Of a DNA stretch of 64,000 bases, positions 1 through 15,333 are shown in pieces. Numbering within the stretch: position 1 is the stretch's first letter; every line of letters begins with the position of its first letter. Source of the stretch: the human T2T-CHM13v2.0 reference genome, Homo sapiens; NCBI RefSeq assembly GCF_009914755.1, contig NC_060933.1; one strand, 5' to 3'. Position numbers and translations under genes: made by a program. The notes under the pieces were generated by a model. That model was given only the letters and a program-made list of their open reading frames with translations. It searched no databases and was not told where the DNA came from.

Positions 1-865
<865 letters not shown>

Positions 866-1084
866 ATTCTATTTTGAGACTGTGGATCTTATTTAAATCT
901 TTTATTTTAGCAGGCCTCTGATGATATCATGCCTGAGGGAGAAGGTCACGTCAATACTACTAGGAAAAGATGGGAGACTTACTCCTCCCTTTTACCTCTT
1001 TTCCTCTGCTGACATTGCATCGAGAGAGTTTGAAGGGGTTCCTGCTTAGTGTTGGTGAAAGTGCAGGCTTCTCACTCTGCTTTC

Positions 1085-1397
1085 TTTCTTTCTTTCTTTC
1101 TTTTTTTTTTTTTTTTGAGACTGAGTCTTGCTCTGTCGCCCAGGCTGCAGTGCAGTGGAGTGATTTTGGCTCACTGCAGCCTCTGCCTCCTGGGTTCAAG
1201 TAAATCTCCTGCCTCAGCCTCCCTAGTAGCTGGGATTATAGGCATGCGTCACCACGCCCGGCAAATTTTTGTATTTTCTGTAGAGATGGGGTTTCACCAT
1301 GTTGTCCAGACTGGTCTTGAGCTCTGACCTCAAGTAATCCACTTGCCTTGGCCTCCCAAAGTGCTGGGATTACAGGTGTGAGCCACCGTGCCTGGCC
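1085..1397 (-). mobile_element. AluS with (TTTC)n tail
   Basis: TSD ctcactctgctttc at 1071-1084 and 1398-1411. Confidence 0.95.
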
Positions 1398-3124
1398 CTC
1401 ACTCTGCTTTCATTGACGGAGCATGGCTGCTTTTTGTTTTGTTTTTTCCCCCTAGTTGATTATGGCTGGAGTAGGGTGGGCATGGTGAGCAGGGTTTTTG
1501 TTTTACTGGTCCTCACCTTTCCTGTACCTTTGGCTAGAGAGAGTAGGCTTTCCTTGAAGCATTTTTTGTTTCTGTTCATTGGCACTTCTAGGTGGTGAGT
1601 TTCTCTAGGAACTAGCTTGGGGTAGGTAGGAGGAAAGAAGAAAACTCAAGGAACTCACCACTGTGAGTCACTTCTCTAATGTTGTTCCACTACTCCTGAG
1701 CTCCCTATTCTATCCTTCTTCTTTTCCCTACTTTTCAAAGTCTCATGTTTGTTTTATTATGTTCTGGGTTTTTATAATTAATTAGCAGGAGGAATAGAGA
1801 TAAATACATCTACTCCTTGTTGGGAAACAGAAGTTTCAGCTTGTTTTTCTATGGGCCAGGCAGTCTTACTTTTGAGTCATTCATTAATATCTAGTTTCAT
1901 ACTCAGTCTTAACTGTTTAAGTAATAAGATGTACCCCTTTTTCTGCAATAATGTTTCTTTTAAATGTAAGGTTAGAATCTACAAAAAAAGATATACTATT
2001 AATACTACCTTTCAACTGAATTTAAATAGTACTTCCAAATCGAATTTTAAAAGTTAACTTTTAAAGGCTTTTATAAAACATTGTATGACAACTGTACATC
2101 TATTTACAAAATATAGTTAAAAATATAATGCTACCACTGACTGAAATTATAGAGTTTCTACCATTGAGTATGGTCGGAAATATTAGTTGCTGCTATCGCA
2201 TAGGAATCTGAGGACTTAAAAAACTTACATGGAATATAGTTCCTATAATATTTCATTTATATTTATAAGATATATCTATCATATCATAACTATATTTTAA
2301 TAAAAAGGCCAAGAACTTAGTAATCTGTGAACTGATAAATTGGCTGGTTCCTTCAGTATTTAATGAGCATTCATGTGTTCATTTATTCATTCATTCAATA
2401 TTTAAACAATATAATTCAGAGCCAGGCACTAACTAGGGGCTGAACATACAGTATAGTTTCAAGCTCTAGGAAGGCTTAATTTAAATAGGGGTATCTGCCA
2501 TTTGCTAGTTAGGTGAAACCACTCTTTGGAAGCTAGATAGTAAGAGGCAAGCTTTCAGAAATGCCAGCAGGCTTAGTCAGCTTTCTCACTCAGTTGAAGT
2601 TGTTGCCTTACCAATGCTAAATTAGATGAAGTACCCATCACAGTCCAACATATGTTAACATTCTTCCAAGTGAAAGTATTAGTAAAAAAAGTTTGTGTAC
2701 ATTCTTTCAGAATGGTGATATAAAACTATAATAAGGGGCTCAAGTGCAGCAGAAAATTAAGCTTCTCTAATCCAGCAAATTATATATTACACATTGTCAA
2801 CCACAATTGCATGTTCTTGCTAGGAATCCTGGGTGTACTGACATTCGTGTGTGTTTTCTGTGACCTTGGCTAAGTAAATCAGAAATGTGCAGTGGTTTAG
2901 TAATAGGTCTTTCTATACTAATCTGTAGCCTATGTAAAATGCTTTAGCTGGGTACTTTTTTAGGCACAGGTAAACAAAGAGAAATAATGTTACCCCTTTT
3001 ATCAGGTCCTCATAGCTTAGCAGAGAAGACAAGCAAAAGTGTGATTAAAAGCAATAATAAGAGAATATTAGGGACACAAGGCAGGGAAAGCTGTATTCTG
3101 CTTGTGAGTGGAAAAAGAGGTAAC

Positions 3125-3522
3125 GCAAATCTCTTGCTGATATAACAAAACGCCATAGGCTGGGTGGCTTAACAGACATGCATTTCTGATAGTTTTGGAG
3201 ACTGAGAAATTCAAGATCATGGTGCCGATGGATTAGGTTCCTGATGAGGGCTCTCTTCCTGGCTTGTAGATGGCTGCTTTCTCAGTGTATTATCACATTT
3301 CAGATTTCTCATCTTAAAAAGCCACTCAGTCCATCATGAGGACCCCTTTCTATCCCTAATTGCTACTCAAAGTCCCCATCTCCAACTATCATCACATTAG
3401 GGGTTAGAGTTTTAGCTGAGTTCAAATCTGATGTATGAACACAGTTACAGCTGACCAACATATGTCATATATAACACATATGTCACATACAGATTTTGAG
3501 AGGACGTAATTAAGTTCATAGC
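3125..3522 (-). mobile_element. MLT1A-type MaLR LTR
   Basis: ataacaaaacgccataggctgggtggctt...gagggctctcttcctggcttgtagatggc motif. Confidence 0.7.
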
Positions 3523-3659
3523 AATCAATATTTTAGACTACAATTTGTTAAGGATAATTAAATCAAAGACAGAAAAATCTAGGTAAATTGTTAAATAACC
3601 AGGAGGTAACTAAAGGATACTTTTTCAAATTCTCGCCAGTATATGAAAAAGCTGGTCAC

Positions 3660-4430
3660 ACTCTTTAAAACAAATTTTTTCTTCAACACTCTGGCACCAT
3701 CTCTTCTGGTTTTATCTCTGTACCTCTGGCCACCTATTCACATTCTCCATTGCCAGCTTTTCCCCCTGAAATCAGCTGTTTACTGTTGCAGTATTTTTGA
3801 ACTTTGTCATAGGCGTTCTCTGTACTTCATTTGCATATTTGCCTATGACAATGTCATCTATCATCCCATGATTTTAGTCATTTCTTGCCAGTTGACTTTC
3901 AGACCTGTATATCTAGCATAGAACCCTCTTTCTGAACTGCAACTAAGTATATCCAAATGTCTACACAACATCTCCTTTTGGAGGTCTCACTGAGATTCAA
4001 CATGTTTGAAACCAAATTCACGATCTCCAAATTTATTCCCGTCCATTATTCTAAATCTTAGTAAATGGTATTATAATCTATCAGTTTCCTCAAACCAGAA
4101 ACCATGGTGTTATAAGTTTATGTATTATTTTTTTTCTGACCTCCCCTCATTGAAGTCCATACTAAGCCTTAATATTTCACATCACAAACATCCTATCTTA
4201 TTTCTTTCCATCCTCACTGTTACGCCCTTATTCATACCACCACCATTTCTTCCCTAGTCAACTAGAATAAACTCATAAACGTCTGCATCCACTCTTATCT
4301 CTTCATATCTATTTTCAACAGTGCTGCAGATTGACCTTTTAAACTATAGTTCTGAGAATGTCTCTCATCTGTTTAAAAACTTTAAGTATCTTTCCATTGC
4401 TCTTTAAGCAAATCTGAGTTCATTATATAA
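3660..4430 (+). mobile_element. L2 LINE fragment
   Basis: tatatccaaatgtctacacaacatctcc... L2-like, highly diverged. Confidence 0.6.
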
Positions 4431-5670
4431 CACACTTGAATATCAGCTCCCCCCTTTTATTTTTTTACAATTTCTGCTTTCCCTTTTGTTTCATATCTAA
4501 AAATAAGTATGAGAATGCAAAATACTTGCACAGAATTACTAATGTTTTCCTAGCTGATACTGAGAATTCTGGGTAGCAAGTTTGTCAATGAAGGCAGTTG
4601 AGCTGGAGTCAGTAGTAAAGGGGTTTTGAATTCATAATACAAAAACTTTTTTATTTCATAGAAGTAGGAAATTTTACCCCCATGTATTATAAGTAGATAT
4701 ATCTTCTTTATTTCAATGATCTTTTGGTCATTTTTCCTTAATGATAAAATGTAAGCTACAGATCAGTGGCATAGCTCGGATTGGAGTACTTCTCTTTGGG
4801 GTTAAATATTAAATATATGTTGGCCATAGTTTTAAAGAATATCCTATAAAATCAATAATAATTGCTTAAGTAGCTAAAATCAAAATATTATCCTAGGAAA
4901 GTTCAGCCATTATTTTTTTCCTCTGCAAAGCAAGACTCCCAATCTTCTCAAGCTAGAATATATATATATATATATTTTTTTTTTTTGGTATGTAGAAATG
5001 AGGATTTTAGGAACTGCATTTTTCTGAGATGGAAAGAAAATGCTTAGCAAAAAATGTCTGCCAATGATGACATATTTTGAAAACAAATGTATTTTCAGGT
5101 AACCATTAACAATATATAAATTTCACATTAGTTGTATTTTAAAGCATAGAATTCAGTGGCATTTAGTGCATTCACAGTGTTGTTTAGCAGTGAACTTTAA
5201 TTCAAAAGCATTTTCATCACCACTGAAGGAGACCCCATGCCCATTAACCAGTCAGTCTCTGTCTCCCCATTTGTCCCTTCTTTCAATTGCTGGCAACCGC
5301 TTATCTGCTTTCTGTTTCTATGGATTTACCTATTTTGAATATTTCATATAAATAGAATCATACAATATGTGACCTTTGTGTCTGGCTTCTTTCACTTAGC
5401 ATAATATTTTCAAGATTCATCCACATTGAAGCCTGTGTCAAAAGTTCATTACTTTTTTATGGCTGAATAATATCCCTTTGTTTATGTATACCACAATTTG
5501 TTTCTCCATTAATCCCTTGGTGGACATTTGGGTTCCTTCCACATTTTGGCTACTCTGAATAGTGCTGCTATGAACATTTGTATACAAGGGATTGTTTGAA
5601 TACCTGTTTCCAGTTCTTTTGGGTATAAACCTATTAGTGGAATCGCTGGGCCATATGCTAATCTATGTTT

Positions 5671-5810
5671 GTTTTTTATTTTTCTATTTTTTGTAGGGTC
5701 GGGGTCTCACTTTGTTGCCTAGGCTAGTCTTGAACTCCTGGCCTCAAGCGATCCTCCCATGTCAGCCTCCCAGAGTACTGGGATTATAGGCATGAGCGAT
5801 AGTACCCTGC
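5671..5810 (-). mobile_element. FLAM / Alu left monomer
   Basis: Single Alu monomer, TSD-like (c/t)tatgttt. Confidence 0.8.
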
Positions 5811-6310
5811 TTTATGTTTAATTTTTTAAGGAACTGCCAAACTTTTTTTTTTTTTTTTTTTTTACAGTGGCTGCACAATTTTATATTGTTTGCCGTCTAT
5901 GAGGGTTCTAATTTCCCCACATCCTCACCAATACTTGTTATGGTCTGTTTTTGTTTTGTATTATTTTTGTTCTTTATTATCGCCAAAATTGTGGGTTTTG
6001 ATTTGCATTTTCTTAATGAGTAATGATGCTGACCATATTTGCATGTGTTTCTTTGGCCAGTTGTTTATCATCTTTGGAGAAATGTCTGTTCGTGTCCTTT
6101 ACCTATTTTGAAAACTGGGTTGTTTATCTTTTTTTATTGTAATAGTTTTGTTTTCGTTTTTTTTTTTTTTAACTGAGACGGGGTCTTGCTCTGTTGCCCA
6201 GGTTGAAGTGCAGTGGTGTGATCTTGGCTCACTGCAACCTCTGCCTCCTGGTTTCAAGCAATTATCCTGCCTCAGCTTCCTGAGTAGCTGGGATTACAGG
6301 CGTGTGCCAC

Positions 6311-7736
6311 TGAGAGGTGACAGCGTGCTGGCAGCCCTCAGAGCCCTCGCTTGCTCTCCGCACCTCCTCTACCTGGGCTCCCACTTTGGTGGCACTTGAG
6401 GAGCCCTTCAGCCCACCACTGCACTGTGGGAGCCCCTTTCTGGGCTGGCCAAGGCTGGAGCCCACTCCCTCAGCTTGCAGGGAGGTGTGGAGGGAGAGGC
6501 GCGAGCGGGAACCCGGGCTGTGTGCGGTGCTTGTTGGCCAGCTGGGGTTTCGGGTGGGCGTGGGCTTGGCGGCCCCGCACTCGGAGCAGCCGACCAGCCC
6601 TGCAGGCCCCAGGCAATGAGGGACTTAGCACCCGGGCCAGTGGCTGCGGAGGGTGTACTGGGTCCCGCAGCAGTGCCAGCCCACCGGCGCTGCGCTCAAT
6701 TTCTCACAGAGCCTTAGGTGCCTTCCCGCCGGGCAGGGCTCGGGACCTGCAGCCCGCCATGCCTGAGCCTCCCACCCACTCCATGGGCTCCTGTGCAGCC
6801 CGAGCCTCCCCGACGAGCACCACCCCCTGCTCCAGGGCGCCCAGTCCCGTAGACCACCTAAGGGCTGAGGAGTGCAGGCGCACGGCACCGGGACTGGCAG
6901 GCAGCTCCACCTGCAGCCCCGGTGCGGGATCCACTGGGTGAAGCCAGCTGGGCTCCTGAGTCTGGTGGGGCCTTGGAGGACCTTTATGTCTAGCTCAGGG
7001 ATTGTAAATATACACCAATCGGCACTCTGTATCTAGCTCAAGGTTTGTAAACACACCACTCAGCACCCTGTGTTTAGCCCAAGGTCTGTGAGTGCACCAA
7101 TCAACACTCTGTATCTAGCTGCTCTGGTGGGGCCTTGGAGAACCTGTGTGTGGAAACTATATCTAACTAATCTGATGGGGACGTGGAGAACCTTTGTATC
7201 TAGCTCAGGGATTGTAAATGCACCAATCAGCGCCCTGTCAAAAGAGGCCACTTGGCTCTACCAATCAGCAGGATGTGGGTGGGGCCAGATAAGAGAATAA
7301 AAGCAGGCTGCCCGAGTCAGCGTTGGCAACCCGCTCCAGTCCCCTTCCACACTGTGGAAGCTTTGTTCTTTCGCTCTTTGCAATAAATCTTGCTATTGCT
7401 CACTCTTTGGGTCCACACTGCTTTTATGAGCTGTAACACCGCCAAGATCTGCAGTTTCACTCCTGAGCCCAGCGAGACCACGAGCCCACCGGGAGGAAGG
7501 AACAACTCCAGACACGCTGTGTTGAGAGCTGTAACACTCACCGCGAAGGTCTGCAGCTTCACTCCTGAGCCAGCGAGACCACGAACCCACCAGAAGGAAG
7601 AAACTCGGAACACATCTGAACATCAGAAGGGACAGACTCCAGACGCGCCACTTTAAGAGCTGTAACACTCACCGCGAGGGTCCGCAGCTTCATTCTTGAA
7701 GTCAGTGAGACCAAGAACCCACCAATTCCGGACACA
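6311..7736 (+). mobile_element. LTR12C (ERV9/ERV1) solo LTR
   Basis: Begins tgagaggtgacagcgtgctggcag, ends ccaattccggacaca; CpG-rich U3, tandem CCAAT-containing repeats, U5 repeats (ctgtaacactcaccgcga). Confidence 0.95.
7015..7387 (+). promoter_or_regulatory. LTR12C enhancer/promoter core: CCAAT boxes (7015, 7097, 7223, 7261), GT box (7277), GATA (7287), AATAAA TATA-like box (7296), LTR poly(A) signal (7382)
   Basis: Motifs read directly; arrangement is the established ERV9 LTR promoter; activity here untested. Confidence 0.7.
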
Positions 7737-8339
7737 CTGGTTAATTTTTGTGTTTTTAGTAGGGACGGGGTTTCGCCATGTTGCCAACACAGGCTGGTCC
7801 TGAACTCCTGACTTCAAGTAATCCACCAGCCTTGGCCTCCCAAACTGCTGGGATTACAGGTGTGAGCCACCGTGCCCAGCCATAGTTCTTTACATATTCC
7901 AGATGTTAGACATTTGCAAGAGTTTCCTCCCATTCCGTAGGCTATATTTCCCCTTTTTGATAGTATCCTTTGATGCATGAAAGTTTTTCATTTTAATGAA
8001 GTACATATTGTTTATTCTTGTTGTAGCTTATGCTTTTGGTGTCATAATCTCAGAATCCATAATGAAATCCCATAGTCAGAGATTTATCCTCATGTTTTTC
8101 TGTAGTTGTTTAATAGTTTTAACTCTTATATTTAGGCCTTTCATCTACTTTGAGTTAATTTTTTATATGTGGTGTGAAGTAGGGGGTCCAGTTTCATTTT
8201 TTACAGGTTGATACTCAGTTATCCCAAATAATAATTTCTGTAGGTTTAGAAAACAGGCAGTATGATTATGTGCAATAATTAATGAGATTGATTAATAAGA
8301 TAAGAACTTGAATGTATCTGTGCCTAAGAAATCAGTCCA

Positions 8340-8678
<339 letters not shown>

Positions 8679-9584
8679 TCATAAGTCAAGAGCAAATCAG
8701 AATATTAAGGTCAGAGATAATAGTTTAATCAAGAGTTGTGTAAGTTTTTCTTATCAGGATCTGTTTTAAAGAAAGACAATGAACTTCAAGGCTATGTGGC
8801 AAAAAGTTTTGAATGTTAGTTACTTTATGATTGATAATCAAGCACAAGAAACTCATACACTAAGATTGTAGCTCAGAGGAAGTAAACTCATCTGTTAATT
8901 ATCCCTAGGTAAGAGTGGAAAGTTTCAGAATAAGATTAACCTAAAACCTAATTATTTGCTAAGTTAGAGTCCTGAAGCCTATGGTCAATTATATTCCTCT
9001 TTTCTATGTCTTGAATGCTTCAGAGTCTGATGCAGCATGACTTATAGATAGGCTTTGAGCAGTGACTCTTGATGCTCTAAAAGTACTAGGGCTTGGGACC
9101 AGGTAAACCATTATAGCTAAGAAAATAATATATGGGAAAATGCTTTTAAACTATGGAGTTTTATAATATTAGTTACATGTAACTGAATCTGTGTGACCTT
9201 TTGTGCTGCTTTTGCTTTCCTTTGTTACTTCAATAAATATGCTGGGCACTATAAGTAAAATATTTAGCAGAACACACATGGCTCCTGGCCTCATAGAGCT
9301 TCAACTTATTGGAGAATGCAAATAGTAATCAATAAGCATACAGATATGTAATTTAAAATTGTGATTAATATGAAGATAAAGCTCTTCTATGCGTTTCCAT
9401 TTTTATGTTTTTCCCCTTATTCTTTCCACTTTTTCCCCTTTCTGTTTCCTGCCCTCCCCATATACCTAAAATATAGAAATGATTCACACATTTGTTTGCT
9501 GTACAATTAGCCTACACTGTAGGTGAGAATGTATTATGAGTGTGTGTGTGTATATATATATATTTGTTTCTCATTTCCTACTTC

Positions 9585-9850
9585 TCACAGCCCCTGTCTC
9601 TTTCTGCTTTCTGTCTCTATGGATTTGCCTATTCTAGGTGCTTCATGTAAGTGGAATCATTTAATATTTGTCTTTTTTGTATGTGGATTATTTCATTTAC
9701 TATTTCTTCAAGATTTATCCTTGTTGAACCATGTGCCAGAAGTTCCTTACTTTTTAAGGCTGAATAATGTTCCATTTTATGTATATACCACATTTTGTTT
9801 ATTCAGCCATTGATGGATGTTTGGGTTTTTTTCCATGTTCCAGCTTTTAT
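9585..9850 (-). mobile_element. L1MB-type 3' fragment
   Basis: ctttctgtctctatggatttgcctattctagg...gtggaatcat motif. Confidence 0.7.
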
Positions 9851-10118
9851 ATTTTTTAGTTGTATTCTAATTTGTATTTTGCTATAAAGTCAACAGGATT
9901 CTTTGTATCCTCCACAGGCAGATATATCACTTGAGTAAATGGCAAGTATATTTTGGAATTTTATTTTGTAACTCTGGAGATTAACTTTCAATGTTTATCC
10001 CTTAGGTTGTATTCAGACATGAGTCCATATACATATGATATTTATTTTTTGAGGCCATACATATATTATTCTAAATTTATTTACTACTATAGTTTGTTTC
10101 CACATATTTTGGGTACCA

Positions 10119-10195
10119 TGTATATATATAAATACTACATATATATATATATAAATAATACATATATATATATAAATACTACATATATATATATA
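10119..10195. repeat. Imperfect (TA)n / AT-rich compound microsatellite
   Basis: Repeated tatatatataaatactacatatatata units. Confidence 0.85.
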
Positions 10196-11549
10196 GTATT
10201 TTTAAATTTTCTTAAAGAATTACATAAGAAAATCTTGAGTGTTATAATCATTTGATTTTTCTGTGAAAAGACATCAAAGTTACTTTCCATAAGTCAATTT
10301 TGTCACACGAACTCATTCTATTTGATAGTATTTTTTTCTTTAGAATAAATAACCTTAACAATGTTGGGTTTGAACATCTGAATTGAATGCTAATGACTAA
10401 ATAATAAAATTTATTTTGAATGACAGGAAACTGATACAAAGGGTTTGTTTAGTCTGGAAAGTATTTCAGGCTTTAGAATAGTTTGTTTTCAGTGTAGATT
10501 AGTTGCTTCTTAAGAAACTTTGTTCTGAAGAAAAGAATGATATATAATCAAATGTAGGAATGTTACAGGTAAAGTTATCTTCAGATATAAAAAAGTTTTA
10601 AATTTGGTAATATATTTTCCAATATTTGTAATTTTATCTAGGGAATATAAAAACCCTTGAGAGAAAAATTTTACTCTTAAAGAGATTCTTATGATGTTTT
10701 TAAAGGTAGTGAAACAGGATGCATGAATAAGGGTGTTCGCTGCAGCAGTTTGGTAATAGTGAACAATTAGAAGCAATCTAAATGTCTCTTAGTGATAGAT
10801 ACAAATACATTGTGATACATTAATATAATTTGATACTCTACTGCATTTAACATGCATAAACTAGATCTAAACTTATCAAAATAGAAATGCTTAAAAAGCA
10901 AAAGTTGATTTAAAAGAAGAAAGTTGAATAACAGTATATATACTATGATATAATTTCTAAGTGTAAAATGTTTAGAAATCACAAAATGATACTATATATT
11001 TTTGTAGATGTATATGTAGACATACACATTTGTAAAAATATCGTTACACATAACTGCACACATGTAGACGTACACGTGTGTATGTACTACATATACACTA
11101 TACACATACATATATCAAAAATCAAAGTGATGAATTAAATATGGCATAATGTGAATATTTTAAAATCTAGTTGTTACATTAATGTTGATTATATTATTTT
11201 CCATACTTTTTTAATGTTTGAAATATGCTTTCTACTTTTTAAAGTATGTACTAAAAAAGTAATAATTCTACTTCTAGTTAGAAACACTAAAAGGAATCTT
11301 GTATATGAGCACATATACAAGAATGCTCACTACAGCATTGTTTGTAATTATGGAAATTTGGAGACAACCAAAATAGCAGATGATGTAGCTACATAGCTAA
11401 AATTCCAAAAAAACCTATTTAATAGAATATTTTAGCCAACTCCAAACCCAAAAGTCAGTTTTAGATTGATTATAGTCTAAATGTGAAGGGTTAAGCAGTA
11501 AAGCTTTTAGAGGAAAACATAGGAGAACATCTTTGTGACTTTGTAGTAG

Positions 11550-11881
<332 letters not shown>

Positions 11882-12162
11882 AATTTCTTAAACCAGGCAT
11901 AAAAAGCACTAAATAGAAATGAAAAATTGATAAATTGGCCTATGTTAAAACCAAGAACTTAATGTTCATTAAAAAATACCATTAAACGAATTAAAAGGCT
12001 ACTTTCTGAGTATGAAAAGATATTTTCAGTATATATGTCCAGGAAAGTAGTAGTACTCAGAATATATGAAGAATTCCTGTGACTAAATAAGAAAAGGACA
12101 GTCAACCCAATAGAAAAATGAGCAAAACACTTGAACAGATATTTCACATAAGAGGACATCCA

Positions 12163-12515
<353 letters not shown>

Positions 12516-12797
12516 ATGAGAGGACATATGGACATACTAATGGCCAATAAGCACATGAAAAAGTGTTCATCTTGATGTGTCTTCTTTTTCTAGATTTTTA
12601 AATTGGAAGCTTGCATCATTATGGATATTTCTTTTTTTCCAATTTAAGTATTGTATGTTGCAATATAGATATCCATCTAAGGATTGCTTTTGCTGTGCCT
12701 TACAAATTTTGAAGTGTATTTTAAATTTTTCTAAGTTCAAAATAATTCCTAGTTCCTCTTGGATTCTTGTTTGAAAGTAGAACTGTTTAGAAGCATT

Positions 12798-13272
12798 ATA
12801 GAAAAATGTTATTCAATGAAACTTGTTAAAGTTTGGTAAAGAAGACTATTTAGGACCATCATCATAGGTAGGGACCACTGCAGTCGGATTTTGCAGTTGG
12901 GGAGAAAATTGGACTCAACTCCTAATACAGCATGGGTAAGTGGGAATTTATAGCTAAGGTAGAGGTCAGTGGATTGGAAAATTAGTAAGAGGAAACATCA
13001 GTGGGAAGGGAGATTCTGGCTAAACTGACCTTATCAGGATTTTGATTGAAGACAGGCTAGGGTGATCAGATACAGCCTAGGGGGTGGTGGAGGATGAGGA
13101 ACCCAGTTAGATATTGGCCTTGATTTATATATTGTGGTGGAAGAGATTCTTGCTAAACTGACTTAGTGGAGTTCCTTGCTAAGACTGGATTTTACAAGGA
13201 AGTGCACAGATGGGCTTAGGAGAAGGTTCAGGAGAGTTGACTAAAGATTGGTTAAGCAGAACCTCTTTGTCA
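12798..13272 (-). mobile_element. MER31-type ERV1 solo LTR
   Basis: Reverse of tgacaaaga...tttagtca...cctgaaccttctcctaagcccatctgtgcacttccttgtaaaatccag. Confidence 0.7.
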
Positions 13273-13645
13273 GAAATAGGTTCTTTAGTTTCAACTATTT
13301 TGGGATTTTGCAGACGTCCTTCTGGTATTTATTTTTAATTTTATTATTCTATTGTGGTCATAGAAGATGCTTTGCATGATTTTAAAATGCTTTTAGCTTT
13401 ACTGAGAATTGTTTTATAGCCCAGCATGTGGTCTTATCTTGTTGAATGTTCCATGGCACTTGAAAAGAATATTTGTTTTGCTGTTGTTGGGTATGGAGTG
13501 TTTTATAAAACATTCAGTTAGGTCAAGTTTTTTGATAGTGTTTTTCAAATGTTCTGTATCCTTACTTATTTCTGTCCACTTTTTCCATCAATTACTGGGA
13601 GAGGTGTGTTAAAATCTCAGTTTAAATATCTTCAGTTTTTTTTCC

Positions 13646-13869
13646 ATTTTTTTAAATTATTATTATACTTTAAGTTTTAGGGTACATGTGCACAACGTGC
13701 AGGTTTGTTACATATGTATACATGTGCCATGTTGGTGTGCTGCACCCATTAACTCCTCATTTAGCATTAGATATATCTCCTAATGCTATCCCTCCCCCGT
13801 CTCCCCACCCCACAACAGTCCCCAGTGTGTGATGTTCCCCTTCCTGTGTCCATGTGTTCTCATTGTTCA
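13646..13869 (-). mobile_element. L1PA short 3' end (5'-truncated)
   Basis: ttatactttaagttttagggtacatgtgcacaacgtgcagg. Confidence 0.92.
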
Positions 13870-15333
13870 TTTAAAACACTTTTTTAGCACAGGTTTTAGA
13901 GTATCATTTACTAGAGGCTTGTTTATCTCTACTCATTAGAATGACCCATCTGTGTTCTCTATTGAATGCCTCTGATGTTCAACTAAGATTCTCTCTTCTC
14001 TGACTGGTCGCAACTCAAATGTATCCCAATCCTGTGTGAGAAATATTCTGGGAATATTCTGTTTATAGCTCCTGTTGTTCTTTGCCTGGCCTTGTTGTGT
14101 TTCATACTATGCACATGCAAAAAAAGAAATAAAGATTAGCCACATACTCAAAGGAATTCTTATGCAGATTTCTTTAGCTTTTTTCCGCTGTAGATTCCTC
14201 CTCACTTGGTCATATGCCTCACAAATTCTGGCTGTTTTAGACTTCCTAAACTGCAGTCTCTTGTTTCAACTCAATGAGACTGTCATGTTCTTCTTGGGAC
14301 CCCTCTCCCTGTCTGGAAAGTGCTTTCAGGCAGAAATCGAGCCATCATTAAGGGCTCTCTCTGTTTATTTGCTTTCTCTCAGGGATTACAGTTCTGTGCT
14401 GCCTATTGTCCAGTGGCCGAATACAGTTGTTTCCTATCATTTGTCCAGTAAGAAATAGATTTTAAATTGTGGTCCTCATACCAGAGTATAAGAAACACCA
14501 GTGTAAGTGGATAGTAAATCAGAGTCAGTAGCTAGTCAGTGCTCATCCTGGTCAGGAGTACCAGGGCTCTGCCTCTGTCAGCTCCTCCCTCAAACACACA
14601 GTAAGATATGGTTTGTTGGTGCTTAGTTTGACTCAAGAACAAGGTGGTCCCTGATGTCTGTAAATATTTATTAAAAGTAGGGACTGTGTGTGTTCTTTCC
14701 AAAAGAAACAAGCTGTAAGTATAAAGTATGTTTTAAGAAGCAAGAAATAACTTTTCCAACAACTGCAGCACTACCTTCTGTTGGGTTAGTGATCTGAGAG
14801 CCAAGGAAAACTAAGTTGAGGTAAGTTACACCTGCTTTTTCTTTGTGGGGCCATCTTGCTTCAGTATGTTCCACGTTCTTAAATAAACAAATCAGGAACC
14901 TAATCCAAGCTTAATCATTGTGTGGTTGAGTGTATGTGTGTGCATGTGTATGTGTTCCTCCTATCAATCTGTAATGGACCTGGGAAGCTGCCAGTATATA
15001 TCATGGGATCCCAGTTTTTAAAATCCTTATGTGTGTGAATTGATGTTTATAATATATGAACAAAAAATGAGAGTATACATATCAAAGTGTAAACATTATT
15101 TTTTTCCAGGAAGTATACTGAGTGAGGGGAAGGAGAGGCTACCTAATTTTTACTTCAAATAACTTTTTATTGTTTGAATAATTATAACAATAATTACAAC
15201 AACTTGTGTTGTTGAGTACATAAAAGTCTAGAACTAATGTATTTTCCTGGTAAATCATTTTTGATCATTGTGTGATGACTATCTTTATTTTTAATTTTTT
15301 TCTTGCACGTTTTATTTTCTTATGCTCCTTTTT

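Larger units (their letters stand above)
6148..7881 (-). mobile_element. AluS split in two (6148-6310 and 7737-7881) by LTR12C
   Basis: Alu breaks at ggcgtgtgccac and resumes ctggttaatttttg; TSD atagtt at 6142-6147 and 7882-7887. Confidence 0.92.
5115..8225 (-). mobile_element. L1MB-type 3' fragment hosting nested FLAM, Alu and LTR12C
   Basis: L1 3'UTR/ORF2-end motifs (ggcttctttcacttagcataatatttt, gaatagtgctgctatgaacatt) resuming after the insertions. Confidence 0.8.

Noticed and set aside
6351-6941. 196-aa ORF and overlapping ORFs in a CpG-rich island
   Set aside because: Entirely within GC-rich LTR12C U3; long ORFs in several frames are expected from low stop frequency; not a gene or a host CpG-island promoter
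6960-7270. Regularly spaced ~40-bp repeats that might suggest a CRISPR-like array
   Set aside because: Known tandem enhancer repeats of the LTR12/ERV9 U3; no unique spacers; eukaryotic context
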